Shown here: piece after piece, positions 18,449-29,011 of the stretch | Position numbering within the stretch: position 1 is the first letter of the stretch | How the letters are laid out: every line of letters starts with the position of its first letter | Source: a virus | Lineage: Duplodnaviria > Caudoviricetes | Reading direction: 5' to 3' (one strand) | Virus record (IMG/VR): IMGVR_UViG_2687453464_000002 | Coordinates: 1 to 64,000 of that record | Length of the DNA: 64,000 nucleotides | Position numbers and translations under genes: made by a program | Notes under the pieces: model-generated | What the model saw: only the letters and a program-made list of their open reading frames with translations | What the model was told of the DNA's origin: nothing | The model's database searches: none

Positions 18449-18778
18449 ATGCACTGGATAACGTCGATCATCTGTTTGCTCATTGCCGGCCGCCTGCTGG
18501 CTTTCCAGCGCAGAGGGGCAACGCATAAACCGTGGGCCAGCGGCGTCGCATACGTCGTGATCATGATTTGCGCCGCCGTGCCAATTTTTTCCGCGTTCGG
18601 TCGCTTCCCGCAGTCGGGGGCGCTGACTGCCCTTTTCAGTTTCATGATCCTGATGGCAGTCACCCGTTCCCGCGGGAACATCATGGCGATCATCCCATCA
18701 CCGCCCGCGGCGAAAGAACGGGCGCCAGCCAAGCAAAAAGCCAGGGGGAAAAATGGCCCGCATCGTCACCACTCCTAA
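18449..18778 (+). CDS. Second holin-family membrane protein
   Basis: RLLAFQRRGATHK...RGNI pattern, about 3 TM segments. Confidence 0.65.
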   Translation: MHWITSIICLLIAGRLLAFQRRGATHKPWASGVAYVVIMICAAVPIFSAFGRFPQSGALTALFSFMILMAVTRSRGNIMAIIPSPPAAKERAPAKQKARGKNGPHRHHS

Positions 18779-19250
18779 CATTAACGCCTATCTGGACACG
18801 CTGCGATTCAGCGAAATTGGCGCCACGCTTTTGGCCAGGTCAGACGACGGATACAACGTGATCGTGACCGGTGTCGACGGCAAAGCAGAAACCTTTTCCA
18901 GCTACCGAGATCACCCGTTCGCCGGCGGCCGCCCCGGCAAGGTGTTTAACAGTCGCGGGCAGCGCAGCACGGCATCAGGCGGCTACCAGTTTTTGATCAG
19001 GGATTGGGACCATTACCGCATCGCGCTGAAATTGCCAGACTTTGGGCCGGAATCACAGGACAGGTGGGCCATTCAACTAATCCGCGAGCGTGGCGCCCTC
19101 GCTGACATCAATGCCGGCCGGATAGAGTTGGCGTTGAAAAAGTGCCGCAATATATGGGCGAGCCTGCCGGGCGCCGGATATGGCCAGCCCGAGCACAAGC
19201 TTGAAACCCTGCTGAAAAAATACGTCAGTTATGGCGGGGCGCTGGCATGA
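18753..19250 (+). CDS. Endolysin, lambda R-like transglycosylase
   Basis: SE catalytic motif, STASGGYQFL, IWASLPGAGYGQ. Confidence 0.9.
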   Translation: MARIVTTPNINAYLDTLRFSEIGATLLARSDDGYNVIVTGVDGKAETFSSYRDHPFAGGRPGKVFNSRGQRSTASGGYQFLIRDWDHYRIALKLPDFGPESQDRWAIQLIRERGALADINAGRIELALKKCRNIWASLPGAGYGQPEHKLETLLKKYVSYGGALA

Positions 19251-19705
19251 CCGCCGTCATTCCACGCAGTTGGTTGATCGTGGCCGCCATCGTCCTGGCG
19301 CTCGCCGCGGCGTTAGGGTGGAAAAGTTGGAGGTTGGGCGCCTATGAAAAAGCCGTCAGCGATCAGCAAGTAACCATCAAAGCCCAGGGAAAAACCATCG
19401 AAGGAATGGAGGCACAGCTATCAGCTAAAAATGCCGAACTGATAACCCTGGGCTTGATCGCCAGCAATAACAACCGGGCGCAAGCCGAGTTGCGTCAGCA
19501 GATGACCAACACGGCCGCCCTTCTTTCACAACGTGAAAATCTGATTGCGAGGTTATACCGTGAAAATGCAGAGCTTAAAGCCTGGGCTGACGGTCGCTTG
19601 CCTCCTGATGTTGTGCGCCTGCACGCCCGCCCGGCAGTTACCGGAGGTGCAGCTTATCGCGCCTGGTTGTCCGAGGTTGATCGCCTGCCAGCTGCCGGCC
19701 AGTAA
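19247..19705 (+). CDS. lysB: i-spanin (LysB/Rz-like)
   Basis: N-terminal TM, coiled coil, WADGRLP. Confidence 0.85.
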   Translation: MTAVIPRSWLIVAAIVLALAAALGWKSWRLGAYEKAVSDQQVTIKAQGKTIEGMEAQLSAKNAELITLGLIASNNNRAQAELRQQMTNTAALLSQRENLIARLYRENAELKAWADGRLPPDVVRLHARPAVTGGAAYRAWLSEVDRLPAAGQ

Positions 19706-19850
19706 CCCGCTCACCAACGGGGACCTGGAGCGGGAAAAGAGCCGCGTAGAGGCTGCTTGGGCGATGTGTGCCGATCAGGTCGATACCATTATTCAATGCC
19801 AGGAAAAAAACGATGAACAAGCCGGAATCATTGAGAAAGGCCCTCTCTGA
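19566..19850 (+). CDS. lysC: o-spanin (LysC/Rz1-like lipoprotein)
   Basis: Lipobox LCAC; overlaps the lysB 3' end; CQLP...TNGDL...WAMCA. Confidence 0.8.
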   Translation: MQSLKPGLTVACLLMLCACTPARQLPEVQLIAPGCPRLIACQLPASNPLTNGDLEREKSRVEAAWAMCADQVDTIIQCQEKNDEQAGIIEKGPL

Positions 19851-20244
19851 CGGGATAGAATATCTGGGAAAAAACCCAGACAAACTGCACATTTTTGTTG
19901 ATGAGGGTGCAGTTGTTTCCAGCCTGGCGCCAACCATTTCATTCGAATACCAGTACACACTCAACCTGGTGATAACCGACTTTTCAGCAGACCAAAACCT
20001 GCTGAACGCAGTGATCTTGTATTGGCTTCGCCGCAACCAGCCAGACATCATGGCTAACCCAGACAGCAGAGATAAGGGCTTCACATTTGAGGTGGATATT
20101 CTGAATAACACCACCTGCGACATCAGCATAAACCTGAAGCTAACAGAGCGCGTGATCGTGAAAGAGGCAGGCGGCCAAATGGTTGTAGAGGCCGTCCCTG
20201 AACCGGAACCACCTTACGCCGATCAGTGGACGCCCAATGAGTGA
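19813..20244 (+). CDS. R: Tail completion protein gpR
   Basis: MNKPESLR...SFEYQYTL...LTERVIV. Confidence 0.9.
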   Translation: MNKPESLRKALSDGIEYLGKNPDKLHIFVDEGAVVSSLAPTISFEYQYTLNLVITDFSADQNLLNAVILYWLRRNQPDIMANPDSRDKGFTFEVDILNNTTCDISINLKLTERVIVKEAGGQMVVEAVPEPEPPYADQWTPNE

Positions 20245-20683
20245 CTTTATTCAGATTGAAGACTGGCTAGCCGCCCTCGCCTCACAGCTAACCCCAGCAG
20301 CGAGGAAAAAGCTAACTCGCCAGTGGGCCAATGAATTGCGCCGTCGCCAGCGCCTGCAGATCAGCCAGCAACGCAATCCGGACGGCACCCCCTACGCCGA
20401 GCGGAAACCGCAAGGCCGCAGCAAAAAGGGGCGGATACGCAGGAAAATGTTTAGCAAGCTGCAGACCACTCGCTTTATGAAAACAGCAACTACGGCAGAC
20501 GAAGCCGCCGTTTACTTTGCCGGCAGCGTTATGCGCATTGCACGCGTGCACCATTACGGGCTGCGCGACAAAGTGAGTAAGCGGGGCCCAACCGTGAAAT
20601 ACGACGCCCGCCAATTATTTGGTCTGAATGATCCAGCAATCACCGCCGTCGGCGACATCCTGATCGACCACCTCAGTAAATAA
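20237..20683 (+). CDS. S: Virion morphogenesis protein gpS
   Basis: QRNPDGTPY...IARVHHYG. Confidence 0.9.
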   Translation: MSDFIQIEDWLAALASQLTPAARKKLTRQWANELRRRQRLQISQQRNPDGTPYAERKPQGRSKKGRIRRKMFSKLQTTRFMKTATTADEAAVYFAGSVMRIARVHHYGLRDKVSKRGPTVKYDARQLFGLNDPAITAVGDILIDHLSK

Positions 20684-20736
20684 CCTGCAGCACAGTCGAT
20701 TTTGGCTGTGCTGGCCATGCCGGCAAACATAGACAC
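20684..20736. repeat. 53-bp hairpin-containing repeat, copy 1 (S-V junction)
   Basis: 45/53 identical to 27076-27128. Confidence 0.85.
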
Positions 20737-20762
20737 AAATCGCTTTGCTCGATATCGGCCCT

Positions 20763-20780
20763 TGTGCCAGGCACCACACA
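20763..20780. promoter_or_regulatory. Ogr-binding site at the V promoter
   Basis: TGTGCCAGGCACCACACA. Confidence 0.75.
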
Positions 20781-20827
20781 ATGCCCGCAACATGCAGCCC
20801 GCACCGCGCGCATGGCAGGCTGTGCCA

Positions 20828-21421
20828 ATGAATACACAACTTTCTGAACTCCTGCGCCTGCTGACAAATCTGATCCGAATCGGAACCATTTCCGAGGTCG
20901 ATACGGAGAACGGCCTATGCCGTGTGCAAACGGGCGGACTTGAAACCACTCCGCTCAAATGGCTGACCATGCGCGCAGGCAGCGCGCGCACATGGTGGGC
21001 GCCGTCAATCGGGGAGCAGGTGTTGATCTTGAGCATGGCCGGTGAACTGACAACCGCCTTTGTCCTGCCGGCCATTTTTTCGAACGCCCACCCAGCCCCC
21101 TCGGATTCAAAGGGCGCCTTGGTTACGGAGTTCCCCGACGGTGCCAGGTTCAGTTATGACCCCGAAGTAGGCGCCATGACCGTGGAAGGCGTGAAAACGG
21201 CAATATTCAGGGCGGCGACAGGGATCAGGCTGGAAACACCAAAAGTTACCTGCACTCAACTGCTGGAAACGGCACAGCTATCAGTCACTGATGGCGGGAC
21301 GATGACGGGCAACATCACCCACAGCGGCGGCCGCTTCACATCTAATGATGTCGTCGTTGATGAGCATAAGCACAGTGGCGTAGAGACAGGCGGCGGGGAG
21401 TCGGGAGGACCGGTGAAATGA
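20828..21421 (+). CDS. V: Baseplate spike gpV
   Basis: NLIRIGTI...WWAPSIGEQV...HKHSGV. Confidence 0.92.
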   Translation: MNTQLSELLRLLTNLIRIGTISEVDTENGLCRVQTGGLETTPLKWLTMRAGSARTWWAPSIGEQVLILSMAGELTTAFVLPAIFSNAHPAPSDSKGALVTEFPDGARFSYDPEVGAMTVEGVKTAIFRAATGIRLETPKVTCTQLLETAQLSVTDGGTMTGNITHSGGRFTSNDVVVDEHKHSGVETGGGESGGPVK

Positions 21422-21768
21422 TGTATCAGGGCATGAACACCAACAGCGGCCACGCCGTCGAAGATATTGATCATATTCGTCAGTCAATCAGCAAGATTTT
21501 GCTGACCCCAATCGGCAGCAGGATCACCCGGCGCCCGTTCGGCTCACTGATGTCCGAGCTGATCGATCAGCCTCAAAACGATACAACCAGATTGCAGTTG
21601 ATGGCCGCGGCATACAGCGCCATCAACCGCTGGGAGCCGCGCGTATCACTAACAGCAGTCACTGTAACCACGCAGATCGGCGGCCAAATGATAGTGGACG
21701 TCTCCGGCAGCAGGAACGACACCACGGCGAGCATCAATATTTCAATTCCTTACGGGAGCGCATCATGA
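21418..21768 (+). CDS. W: Baseplate gpW
   Basis: HIRQSI..ILLTPIGSR...WEPR. Confidence 0.92.
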   Translation: MMYQGMNTNSGHAVEDIDHIRQSISKILLTPIGSRITRRPFGSLMSELIDQPQNDTTRLQLMAAAYSAINRWEPRVSLTAVTVTTQIGGQMIVDVSGSRNDTTASINISIPYGSAS

Positions 21769-22673
21769 GCGTAATCGACCTTTCGCAACTGCCGCCACCC
21801 CAGGTGGTTGAAACCCTGAGCTTTGAAGACCTGCTTGAGGACAGAAAGGCGCGCTTGCTTGAGCTCTATCCTGACGATCAGCGCGAGGCCATAGCGCGCA
21901 CTCTGGAGCTGGAATCCGAGCCGATCGTGATGCTGCTGCAGGAAAATGCCTATAGGGAAATGCTGTTGCGCCAGCGCATCAACGAGGCTGCACAGGCCGT
22001 CATGGTGGCGTATTCCATCGGTAGCGACCTCGACCAGCTGGGCGCCAACAACAACACACCGCGACTGGTGATCACCCAGGCCGACAGCGAAGCCATCCCG
22101 CCTGTTGAGGCGGTGATGGAATCAGATGCAGATTTTCGCCAGCGTATCCCAGCAGCGTTTGAGGGAATGAGCGTCGCAGGGCCAACCGGCGCCTATGAGT
22201 TCCACGCACTAAGCGCCGATGGCAAAGTTGCCGACGCATCAGCAATTAGCCCGGCGCCAGCACTGGTCACTGTCACTATTCTTTCACGCGAAGGGGACGG
22301 AACAGCATCCGCTGAACTGCTGGCGAAAGTTGACGCAGCACTTAACGATCGAGAGGTGCGGCCCGTAGCTGATCGCCTTACGGTGCAGTCTGCCAGCATC
22401 ATCAACTATGAGATTGACGCAGTGCTTTATGTCTATCCAGGACCAGCACAAGAGCCAATCCTTGCCGACGCACAAAAACGACTGAGCGCCTACATCAACG
22501 AGCAGCGGCGCCTTGGTCGCGACATTCGCTTAACGGCAATCTATGCAGCACTACACACCCAGGGCGTGCAGCGCGTCGAGCTGCGCAACCCGTCCGCTGA
22601 TGTTGTGCTGGATAAAACCCAGGCCGCCAACTGCACAAATGCCCGCGTTGTGATCGGTGGTTCCGATGAATAG
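21765..22673 (+). CDS. J: Baseplate gpJ
   Basis: IDLSQLPPP...SVAGPTGAY. Confidence 0.95.
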   Translation: MSVIDLSQLPPPQVVETLSFEDLLEDRKARLLELYPDDQREAIARTLELESEPIVMLLQENAYREMLLRQRINEAAQAVMVAYSIGSDLDQLGANNNTPRLVITQADSEAIPPVEAVMESDADFRQRIPAAFEGMSVAGPTGAYEFHALSADGKVADASAISPAPALVTVTILSREGDGTASAELLAKVDAALNDREVRPVADRLTVQSASIINYEIDAVLYVYPGPAQEPILADAQKRLSAYINEQRRLGRDIRLTAIYAALHTQGVQRVELRNPSADVVLDKTQAANCTNARVVIGGSDE

Positions 22674-23265
22674 CTTGCTACCGCCAGGTTCCTCGCCGCT
22701 TGAACGGCGCGCGGCTGAGGCCTGCGCTGCAATTAGCGATCTAAATGTGCCACTGTGTGACCTGTGGAACCCGGACAAATGTCCGATTCTCTTTCTGCCC
22801 TACCTGGCCTGGGCTTTTTCGGTCGATCGGTGGGATGAGAAATGGCCGGCAGCAGAGAAGCGTAAAGCCGTTAAAGATGCCTTTTACATCCACCGCAGGA
22901 AAGGGACAGTCGCGGCCATTAATCGCGTGATCGAAAACATGGGATACACCATGACAATCGAGGAGTGGTGGGAGGTTGCCGACCCTGCCGGCACGTTTCG
23001 TTTAACGATTGACGTAATGGACATCGGGATCACAGAAGAAATTGTAAACGAGTTGGAGCGGCTAATTGGTGACGCCAAGCCGGTAAGTCGTCACATCAGG
23101 CAATTAAGCTTGAGCACCAGAACCAAAGGCCTGGCGTACTCCGCTGCCGCCATGCATGACGGCGATATCGTCACTGTCTACCCTGCCGATTACGAGCCGG
23201 ACGACAGCATTAAATACAACAACGCTGCAAGTTTCAGCGGCGATTATCACTATTCCGGGAAATAA
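22666..23265 (+). CDS. I: Tail protein gpI with a short C-terminal extension
   Basis: LLPPGSS...LPYLAWAFSVDRWD. Confidence 0.92.
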   Translation: MNSLLPPGSSPLERRAAEACAAISDLNVPLCDLWNPDKCPILFLPYLAWAFSVDRWDEKWPAAEKRKAVKDAFYIHRRKGTVAAINRVIENMGYTMTIEEWWEVADPAGTFRLTIDVMDIGITEEIVNELERLIGDAKPVSRHIRQLSLSTRTKGLAYSAAAMHDGDIVTVYPADYEPDDSIKYNNAASFSGDYHYSGK

Positions 23266-23266
23266 C

Positions 23267-25241
23267 ATGGCAAAACTTACCGAAAGTAGGCAATGGGAAG
23301 ATGGCGTTTATCAAATTAAACGTGGTGATAAAGTCACCGGCGGACGTGACGGCGTCGCTAATATTCAGCCACAGCAACTGGCTAATCGTACTGCTTATTT
23401 AAAGAATGAGCTTGAAACAATCAGTACTATGGCAATGGCTGACATGGGGGTGTATGACTCCAAGGAAGTTGCACAGGACGCAATTAACACGGGGAGCGAA
23501 TTAAGGAAGTATTTCCCTGTAAGGGAAGAAGGTAACTATTGGGCAAGGCGTTACGAGAATGTAGAAGGAATTGCCACACCAACAGAAGAAACTCTATCCA
23601 ACGGCGCATACATAGATGCTCAGTTGCTTAGAAATATTATTCAGGCAATAAACATTTTGCCATCTAACGGAATATTTCCGGGAATATCTGAAAACCCTCT
23701 GGAGATTGGTTCAGAAAAGAATGAAGTTGCCTTTGGCATTAATGCCAGAGGCCAATTAATGGCACAAGCAGGATTTGCTGATTTGTTGGGTGTAAAAAAT
23801 ACAACCACTGCCACCGGAAAGCGAATACCTCTTTGTTATTGATGACGACGCGGGGCGCGTCGCCTTTGGTATTGGGAAAAATGCATTTGTTGAAATTCTG
23901 GGTATGAGAATTGAGGTTGCCAATATCGATAATGTGCTGGAAATTGTAGACGGCCTTGGTTTCATTGCCGGAGGATTAAACAGGAAAGGTGAATCACTGA
24001 CGTCACCCCCTCAAGTCCCCGTAGTTAAAACCGAATACTATGATTTTGCAGAGCGCCTACATTTATTTTTATTTGGTCAGTCACTCAGCAATGGTGCTTT
24101 GGGTACACCAGTGTTGAATACGCCAGCACCGGGCGCGTTGATGTATAACACGGGTGTGCTCAGTCGCGATAAGAATCCTACTTCGCTTGTCCAGTTGAAG
24201 GAAAGCGGTGTTGAAACTATGGCATCGGCCCTGGCCAACAGCTTCGTGAGTCACGTAGAGGATGCCAACGGAATGGGCGGACGCCAGTTGATTTTGAACT
24301 CTGGCGGCGTGAACGGCGAGATGATACAAAATCTTGAGAAAGGCACGCCTGCATTTAACGATCTGGTTAGGCAAATTCGTTGGTGTCACACCTATAACGG
24401 GCAGGAAGGTCGGGAACATGCACCAGATTATGTGGTTTGGGTGCATGGTGAACGTGCAGCGGCGGACGGCATGTCCGGCGCTGAGTATAAAACGCGTGTA
24501 AAGCAGCTTCGAAAAGACCTTGAAGAAGCGCTGGCTGATGTTCGTGATCCGTCGAAACCGCTGACAATGATGATTTATCAAATGGCTAGCCATGGCTATT
24601 ACGTCGGATCGGCAGATCATCCATCAGTTGAAATCCCGCTGGCGCACCTGGAACTGTCACATGAGGACGACAATATCCAGTGCTTTGGCCCGAACTATAT
24701 GTTCGCCGGTTCCGATAACGTGCATAAATCCAATCACGGTTATCGACAAATGGGCCTGCAAGTCGATAAAGCGATCCGGCACCATATGCTAACGGGTGAA
24801 AAATTCCGCCCGCTTGAACCCATCAATTTCCGCCGTATTTCAGACACGGTAGCATTGGGGCGATTCAATGTGCCGAAGCCGCCAATGGTTTTTGATGACT
24901 CCGTTGTGAAGCAACTCCCGGACGGACAGAACGGCATCGAGGCGTTTGACGATGAGGGGCGAGTACTGCTCGCGAGTACAGAAATAATTGCAGGCACTCA
25001 ACTCAAGGTGACAGCCAGCCGCCCGTTTGTCGGTGAGGTTTGGATCGCTGCCGGTTACACCCCTGATAATCGCGGGCCTATCACTGATAACCGCTACAAG
25101 GAATGGTTTGCAGGCCCAACTACCGGCGTGCGCACTACGCTGAGGGACTCAGACCCTACAACTACCGAACTGACTGGCCTGGATGGCAAGCCGTATCAGC
25201 GTCAGAACTATTGCGTACATTTTTATATGAGGGTTGAATAA
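23267..25241 (+). pseudogene. Tail spike/fibre with an SGNH-type esterase domain, split by a frameshift in an A6 run (ORFs 23267-23842 and 23904-25241)
   Basis: Fibre anchor WEDGVYQI...QLANRTAYLK; removing one A at 23794-23799 fuses the frames; GQSLS, WVHGE and DNVH motifs. Confidence 0.75.
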
Positions 25242-25951
25242 TGCAAGGCTTACGTATAACTGTTACTGACGGCTTTAATAACCCACTCCTTAATCCTTCG
25301 GAAGTGGGTTCACCGTTATTGCTCGATACCAGCGTGGCATTGTACGAGATGCGCAGCATCTATGATCGAAGCCCAAACGGAAATCACCTAATCTTAAATG
25401 AAATTATTATCGATGACTTGGGATTGGCCTGCGACGGAATTGTTGGACACAATGCAATGACAGGTATTTCAGAGCCGAGTGCCTTCACTATTTTGGTAGC
25501 GATTAATGTACCGGCTGCACCACAAAAAACAGCACAAATATTTAGTTCCATAGCCGAGGCAGCATCTCCATTATCTGGCTGCAGACTTGCCATAACGACT
25601 ACTGGAACATTAACAGCGTCTATTGGTTCTTCCCCTAGCGTTACAATTAGAGATTGTGGCGGCGCAATAGGTGGCTGGACTGTGTTTGCCATCAGCTATA
25701 GCGATGCTGGTATTTTTTGTTTGCGAATGAACGGTGATAAATATGCTGCGCCAGTAGTTGGAGATCGCAATTACGCCCGTAGGCCGATGATCCTCGGCGG
25801 CGGCTATGTGGCTCCTCATGACATGGGTATTAATGGCCATATAGGGTTATTCAGCGTATACGAAGGGGCGTTAAGCGAATCAGAAATGATGGCTCTGATC
25901 CAGAAAGGCAAAGATGTTATGAAGAAAGGCAAAGGCATTAACATCGGATAA
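25241..25951 (+). CDS. Tail-associated protein, probable ConA/LamG-like beta-sandwich
   Basis: DRSPNGNHL...GHIGLFSVYEGALSESE pattern; coupled to the spike gene. Confidence 0.55.
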   Translation: MQGLRITVTDGFNNPLLNPSEVGSPLLLDTSVALYEMRSIYDRSPNGNHLILNEIIIDDLGLACDGIVGHNAMTGISEPSAFTILVAINVPAAPQKTAQIFSSIAEAASPLSGCRLAITTTGTLTASIGSSPSVTIRDCGGAIGGWTVFAISYSDAGIFCLRMNGDKYAAPVVGDRNYARRPMILGGGYVAPHDMGINGHIGLFSVYEGALSESEMMALIQKGKDVMKKGKGINIG

Positions 25952-25961
25952 TCTGGAGGTC

Positions 25962-27050
25962 ATGACCGTGAGCGAAAAAAAATTCAGCGCGTTGATCACC
26001 GATGCCGGCGCAGAAAAGCTGGCAAATGCCGCTGTTGCAGGCACGCCGGTAGCCATCAAGGAAATGGCCGTCGGCGATGGCGGCGGGCGCTTACCCCAGC
26101 CCAACGCAGCAAACGCCGGGCTGATCGGTGAGCAGTATCGTGGTGAGCTGAATAAACTGGTGATCGCTGACAGTGACGCCAGCGTCATCGAAGCTGAAAT
26201 GATCATGCCACCACAGATCGGCGGCTTCTGGCTGCGTGAGCTGGCGCTTTACGCCGAGGATGGCGAATGCGTCGCCGTCGGCAACATGCCGGAAACCTAC
26301 AAGCCATTGCTGGCAGAGGGTTCGGGCCGCTTCCAGATCATCAGGATGCAGCTGAAGGTTAGCAGCACGGCCGATGTGGAGGTGATTGCTGATCCGTCGG
26401 TTATTCTGGCTACTGCCGAGGACGTTAAGGGCGCGGAAGATGCAGCAAAAGATTATACGGACGAGGAATTGAGCAAGCTGGGCGAAAGCATGAAAAATGC
26501 CATCGCCGACGCAGTGAAAGGGGCTATTCGAGACGCTTGGGAACAGGATAACCCTGTCGGCACGTCGCGCCTATTCAATCAGAACGTGAACCCTAACGAG
26601 CGCTGGCCGTGGTCAAAATGGGAATACGCTGGCGAGCACTTGACGATCAGGACGGCAAAAGCGGACGGATCCGACATCGGCACCGAGGGTGGCAGCGACG
26701 CAGTGAGCATCACGCGTGCCAACCTACCGCAATCGGTGCTGAATGTATCGGGAACCACAAGCGAGCAAGGGGCGCAAACGCAGCAAACAACGCCAGCTGG
26801 TAAGCACAAGCATCAGGGAGGAATGTCCGCGCCCGGAGAAGCGTGGGATGATGATTATATTGTCGGCTCTGACAACGACAGCCGCAGAACGCGCAACTAC
26901 ACCAGCGAGACTGAAGACCATATCCACGAAGTCACCGTGCCGGCTCACGTTCACACCGTTTGGGCGCAAACCGAAGCACTCGGCCAAGGGTTGGCGATCA
27001 GCATTGTCGAGCGCCACAAGCTGCAAATGTTGTGGCACCGCGTAGCATAA
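25962..27050 (+). CDS. Short tail fibre with a P2 gpH-type N-terminal domain
   Basis: ITDAGAEKLA...MAVGDGGG...GGFWLRE...PETYKP. Confidence 0.85.
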   Translation: MTVSEKKFSALITDAGAEKLANAAVAGTPVAIKEMAVGDGGGRLPQPNAANAGLIGEQYRGELNKLVIADSDASVIEAEMIMPPQIGGFWLRELALYAEDGECVAVGNMPETYKPLLAEGSGRFQIIRMQLKVSSTADVEVIADPSVILATAEDVKGAEDAAKDYTDEELSKLGESMKNAIADAVKGAIRDAWEQDNPVGTSRLFNQNVNPNERWPWSKWEYAGEHLTIRTAKADGSDIGTEGGSDAVSITRANLPQSVLNVSGTTSEQGAQTQQTTPAGKHKHQGGMSAPGEAWDDDYIVGSDNDSRRTRNYTSETEDHIHEVTVPAHVHTVWAQTEALGQGLAISIVERHKLQMLWHRVA

Positions 27051-27075
27051 GCCCCACTCAGGGGCTTCATTTTTT

Positions 27076-27128
27076 CCTGCAGCACAGCCATCTCTGACTG
27101 TGTTGGCCATACCGGCAAACATAGACAC
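27076..27128. repeat. 53-bp hairpin-containing repeat, copy 2 (fibre-FI junction)
   Basis: 45/53 identical to 20684-20736; directly follows the terminator at 27050-27075. Confidence 0.85.
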
Positions 27129-27159
27129 CCACAGCAAGACATCTGGCCATTGTGCCCAT

Positions 27160-27177
27160 TGTGCCAGCCGCCACACA
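27160..27177. promoter_or_regulatory. Ogr-binding site at the F promoter
   Basis: TGTGCCAGCCGCCACACA. Confidence 0.75.
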
Positions 27178-27249
27178 ATGCCCAGCGCATGCACTCTACG
27201 TCATCAGCGAACACCATAGCGGAGAAACCTTAACCCGGAGATCCGCCCG

Positions 27250-28425
27250 ATGGCTGACGATTATCATCATGGCGTTCGTGTCCTCGAAATTAACGAGGGC
27301 ACCCGCACAATCACAACAGTAAGCACCGCAATTGTGGGGATGGTCTGCACCGCCGACGATGCCGATGCTGCGGCCTTCCCGCTCAACACCCCTGTATTAC
27401 TGACCGACGTTTTGGCCGCCAGCGGCAAGGCAGGCGAAACCGGCACCCTCGCCCGCTCCCTGGACGCCATCGCCGACCAGGCAAAACCAGTTACCGTTGT
27501 TGTCCGCGTTGAACAAGGCGACACGGAGGCGGAAACCACAACCAACATCATCGGTGGCGTCGACGCAACCACCGGCAAGAAAACGGGCATGAAAGCCCTG
27601 CTGGCAGCGCAAAGCTTGTTAGGCGTGAAGCCGCGCATTCTGGGTGTTCCTGGTCACGACAGTAAGGCCGTCGCCACTGAATTGCTGTCAGTGGCACAAA
27701 GCCTGCGCGCATTCGCCTACCTGAGCGCCTATGGCTGCAAGACAGTTTCCGAAGCTATCGCGTATCGCGAGAACTTCAGCCAGCGCGAGGCCATGCTGAT
27801 CTGGCCAGATTTCCTGAGCTGGGACTCTGTGTCCAATACAGACGCGACGGCGTTCGCTACCGCCCGCGCATTGGGGTTGCGCGCCAAAATTGACCAGCAG
27901 ACCGGTTGGCATAAAACGCTATCAAACGTCGGCGTTAATGGCGTAACCGGCATCAGTGCAGATGTGTTTTGGGACCTGCAGGACAGCGCCACCGATGCCA
28001 ATCTGCTGAACAAGAACGATGTCACCACACTGATCCGCAAGGATGGCTATAAGTTCTGGGGCTCTCGCACCTGTTCCGATGATCCATTGTTCCAATTTGA
28101 AAACTACACCCGCACTGCGCAGGTGTTGGCGGACACAATGGCAGAGGCGCACATGTGGGCCGTTGACATGCCACTGCACCCGTCACTGGCCAAAGATATC
28201 CTGGAAGGCATCAAGGCCAAATTCCGTGAGCTGAAATCAGCCGGCTACATCATCGACGGCAACGCCTGGATTGATGACGCAGCGAACGATAAAGACACGC
28301 TGAAAGCCGGGAAGTTGGTCATTGATTACGACTATACGCCGGTCCCACCGCTGGAAAACCTGCTGTTACGCCAGCGCATCACTGATCAGTACCTGGTCAA
28401 TTTCACCCAGAACGTGAACAGCTAA
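27250..28425 (+). CDS. FI: Tail sheath gpFI
   Basis: [15 protein letters not shown]; GWHKTLSNV. Confidence 0.95.
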   Translation: MADDYHHGVRVLEINEGTRTITTVSTAIVGMVCTADDADAAAFPLNTPVLLTDVLAASGKAGETGTLARSLDAIADQAKPVTVVVRVEQGDTEAETTTNIIGGVDATTGKKTGMKALLAAQSLLGVKPRILGVPGHDSKAVATELLSVAQSLRAFAYLSAYGCKTVSEAIAYRENFSQREAMLIWPDFLSWDSVSNTDATAFATARALGLRAKIDQQTGWHKTLSNVGVNGVTGISADVFWDLQDSATDANLLNKNDVTTLIRKDGYKFWGSRTCSDDPLFQFENYTRTAQVLADTMAEAHMWAVDMPLHPSLAKDILEGIKAKFRELKSAGYIIDGNAWIDDAANDKDTLKAGKLVIDYDYTPVPPLENLLLRQRITDQYLVNFTQNVNS

Positions 28426-28435
28426 GGGGCACGCA

Positions 28436-28951
28436 ATGGCATTACCACGCAAATTGAAATACCTGAACCTCTTCAATGAGGGGAACAACTGGCAGGGGAT
28501 CGTTGAATCACTGACGCTGCCAAAGCTGACGCGCAAGCTTGAGAACTACCGCGGCGGCGGCATGAGCGGTAGCGCCAAAGTCGATCTGGGGTTGGATGAC
28601 GACGCGCTTGATATTGAATGGACAATTGGCGGCATCGAAGCACTGCCGATTAGGCAAATGGGCGTCGCAAAACTGGATGGCGTCATGCTGCGTTATACCG
28701 GCTCAATTCAGCGCGACGACACCGGCGAAGTGCAGGCGGTCGAAGCGGTGATCCGCGGCCGTCATAAAGAGCTGGATTTTGGCGAGCACAAGCAGGGCGA
28801 AAACTCGACCACCAAAATTTCTACCGCCGTGACCTACTTCAAGTTGACCATCGCTGGCGAGGAAATTTGCGAGATAGACACGGTGAACATGGTCGAAAGC
28901 TTTGGCGGCGTCGATCGTCTGGCTGAACACCGCCAGGCCATCGGCCTGTAA
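28436..28951 (+). CDS. FII: Tail tube gpFII
   Basis: MALPRKLKYLNLF. Confidence 0.95.
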   Translation: MALPRKLKYLNLFNEGNNWQGIVESLTLPKLTRKLENYRGGGMSGSAKVDLGLDDDALDIEWTIGGIEALPIRQMGVAKLDGVMLRYTGSIQRDDTGEVQAVEAVIRGRHKELDFGEHKQGENSTTKISTAVTYFKLTIAGEEICEIDTVNMVESFGGVDRLAEHRQAIGL

Positions 28952-29011
28952 TTCCTTTGGTGCCGGAACGTCGGCGCCCTCTTCTTTCTAAAAATCGTGG
29001 AGCACAACCAA

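Noticed and set aside
23267-27128. Invertible tail-fibre cassette or diversity-generating retroelement
   Set aside because: No invertase or reverse transcriptase, no inverted crossover sites and no TR/VR pair seen
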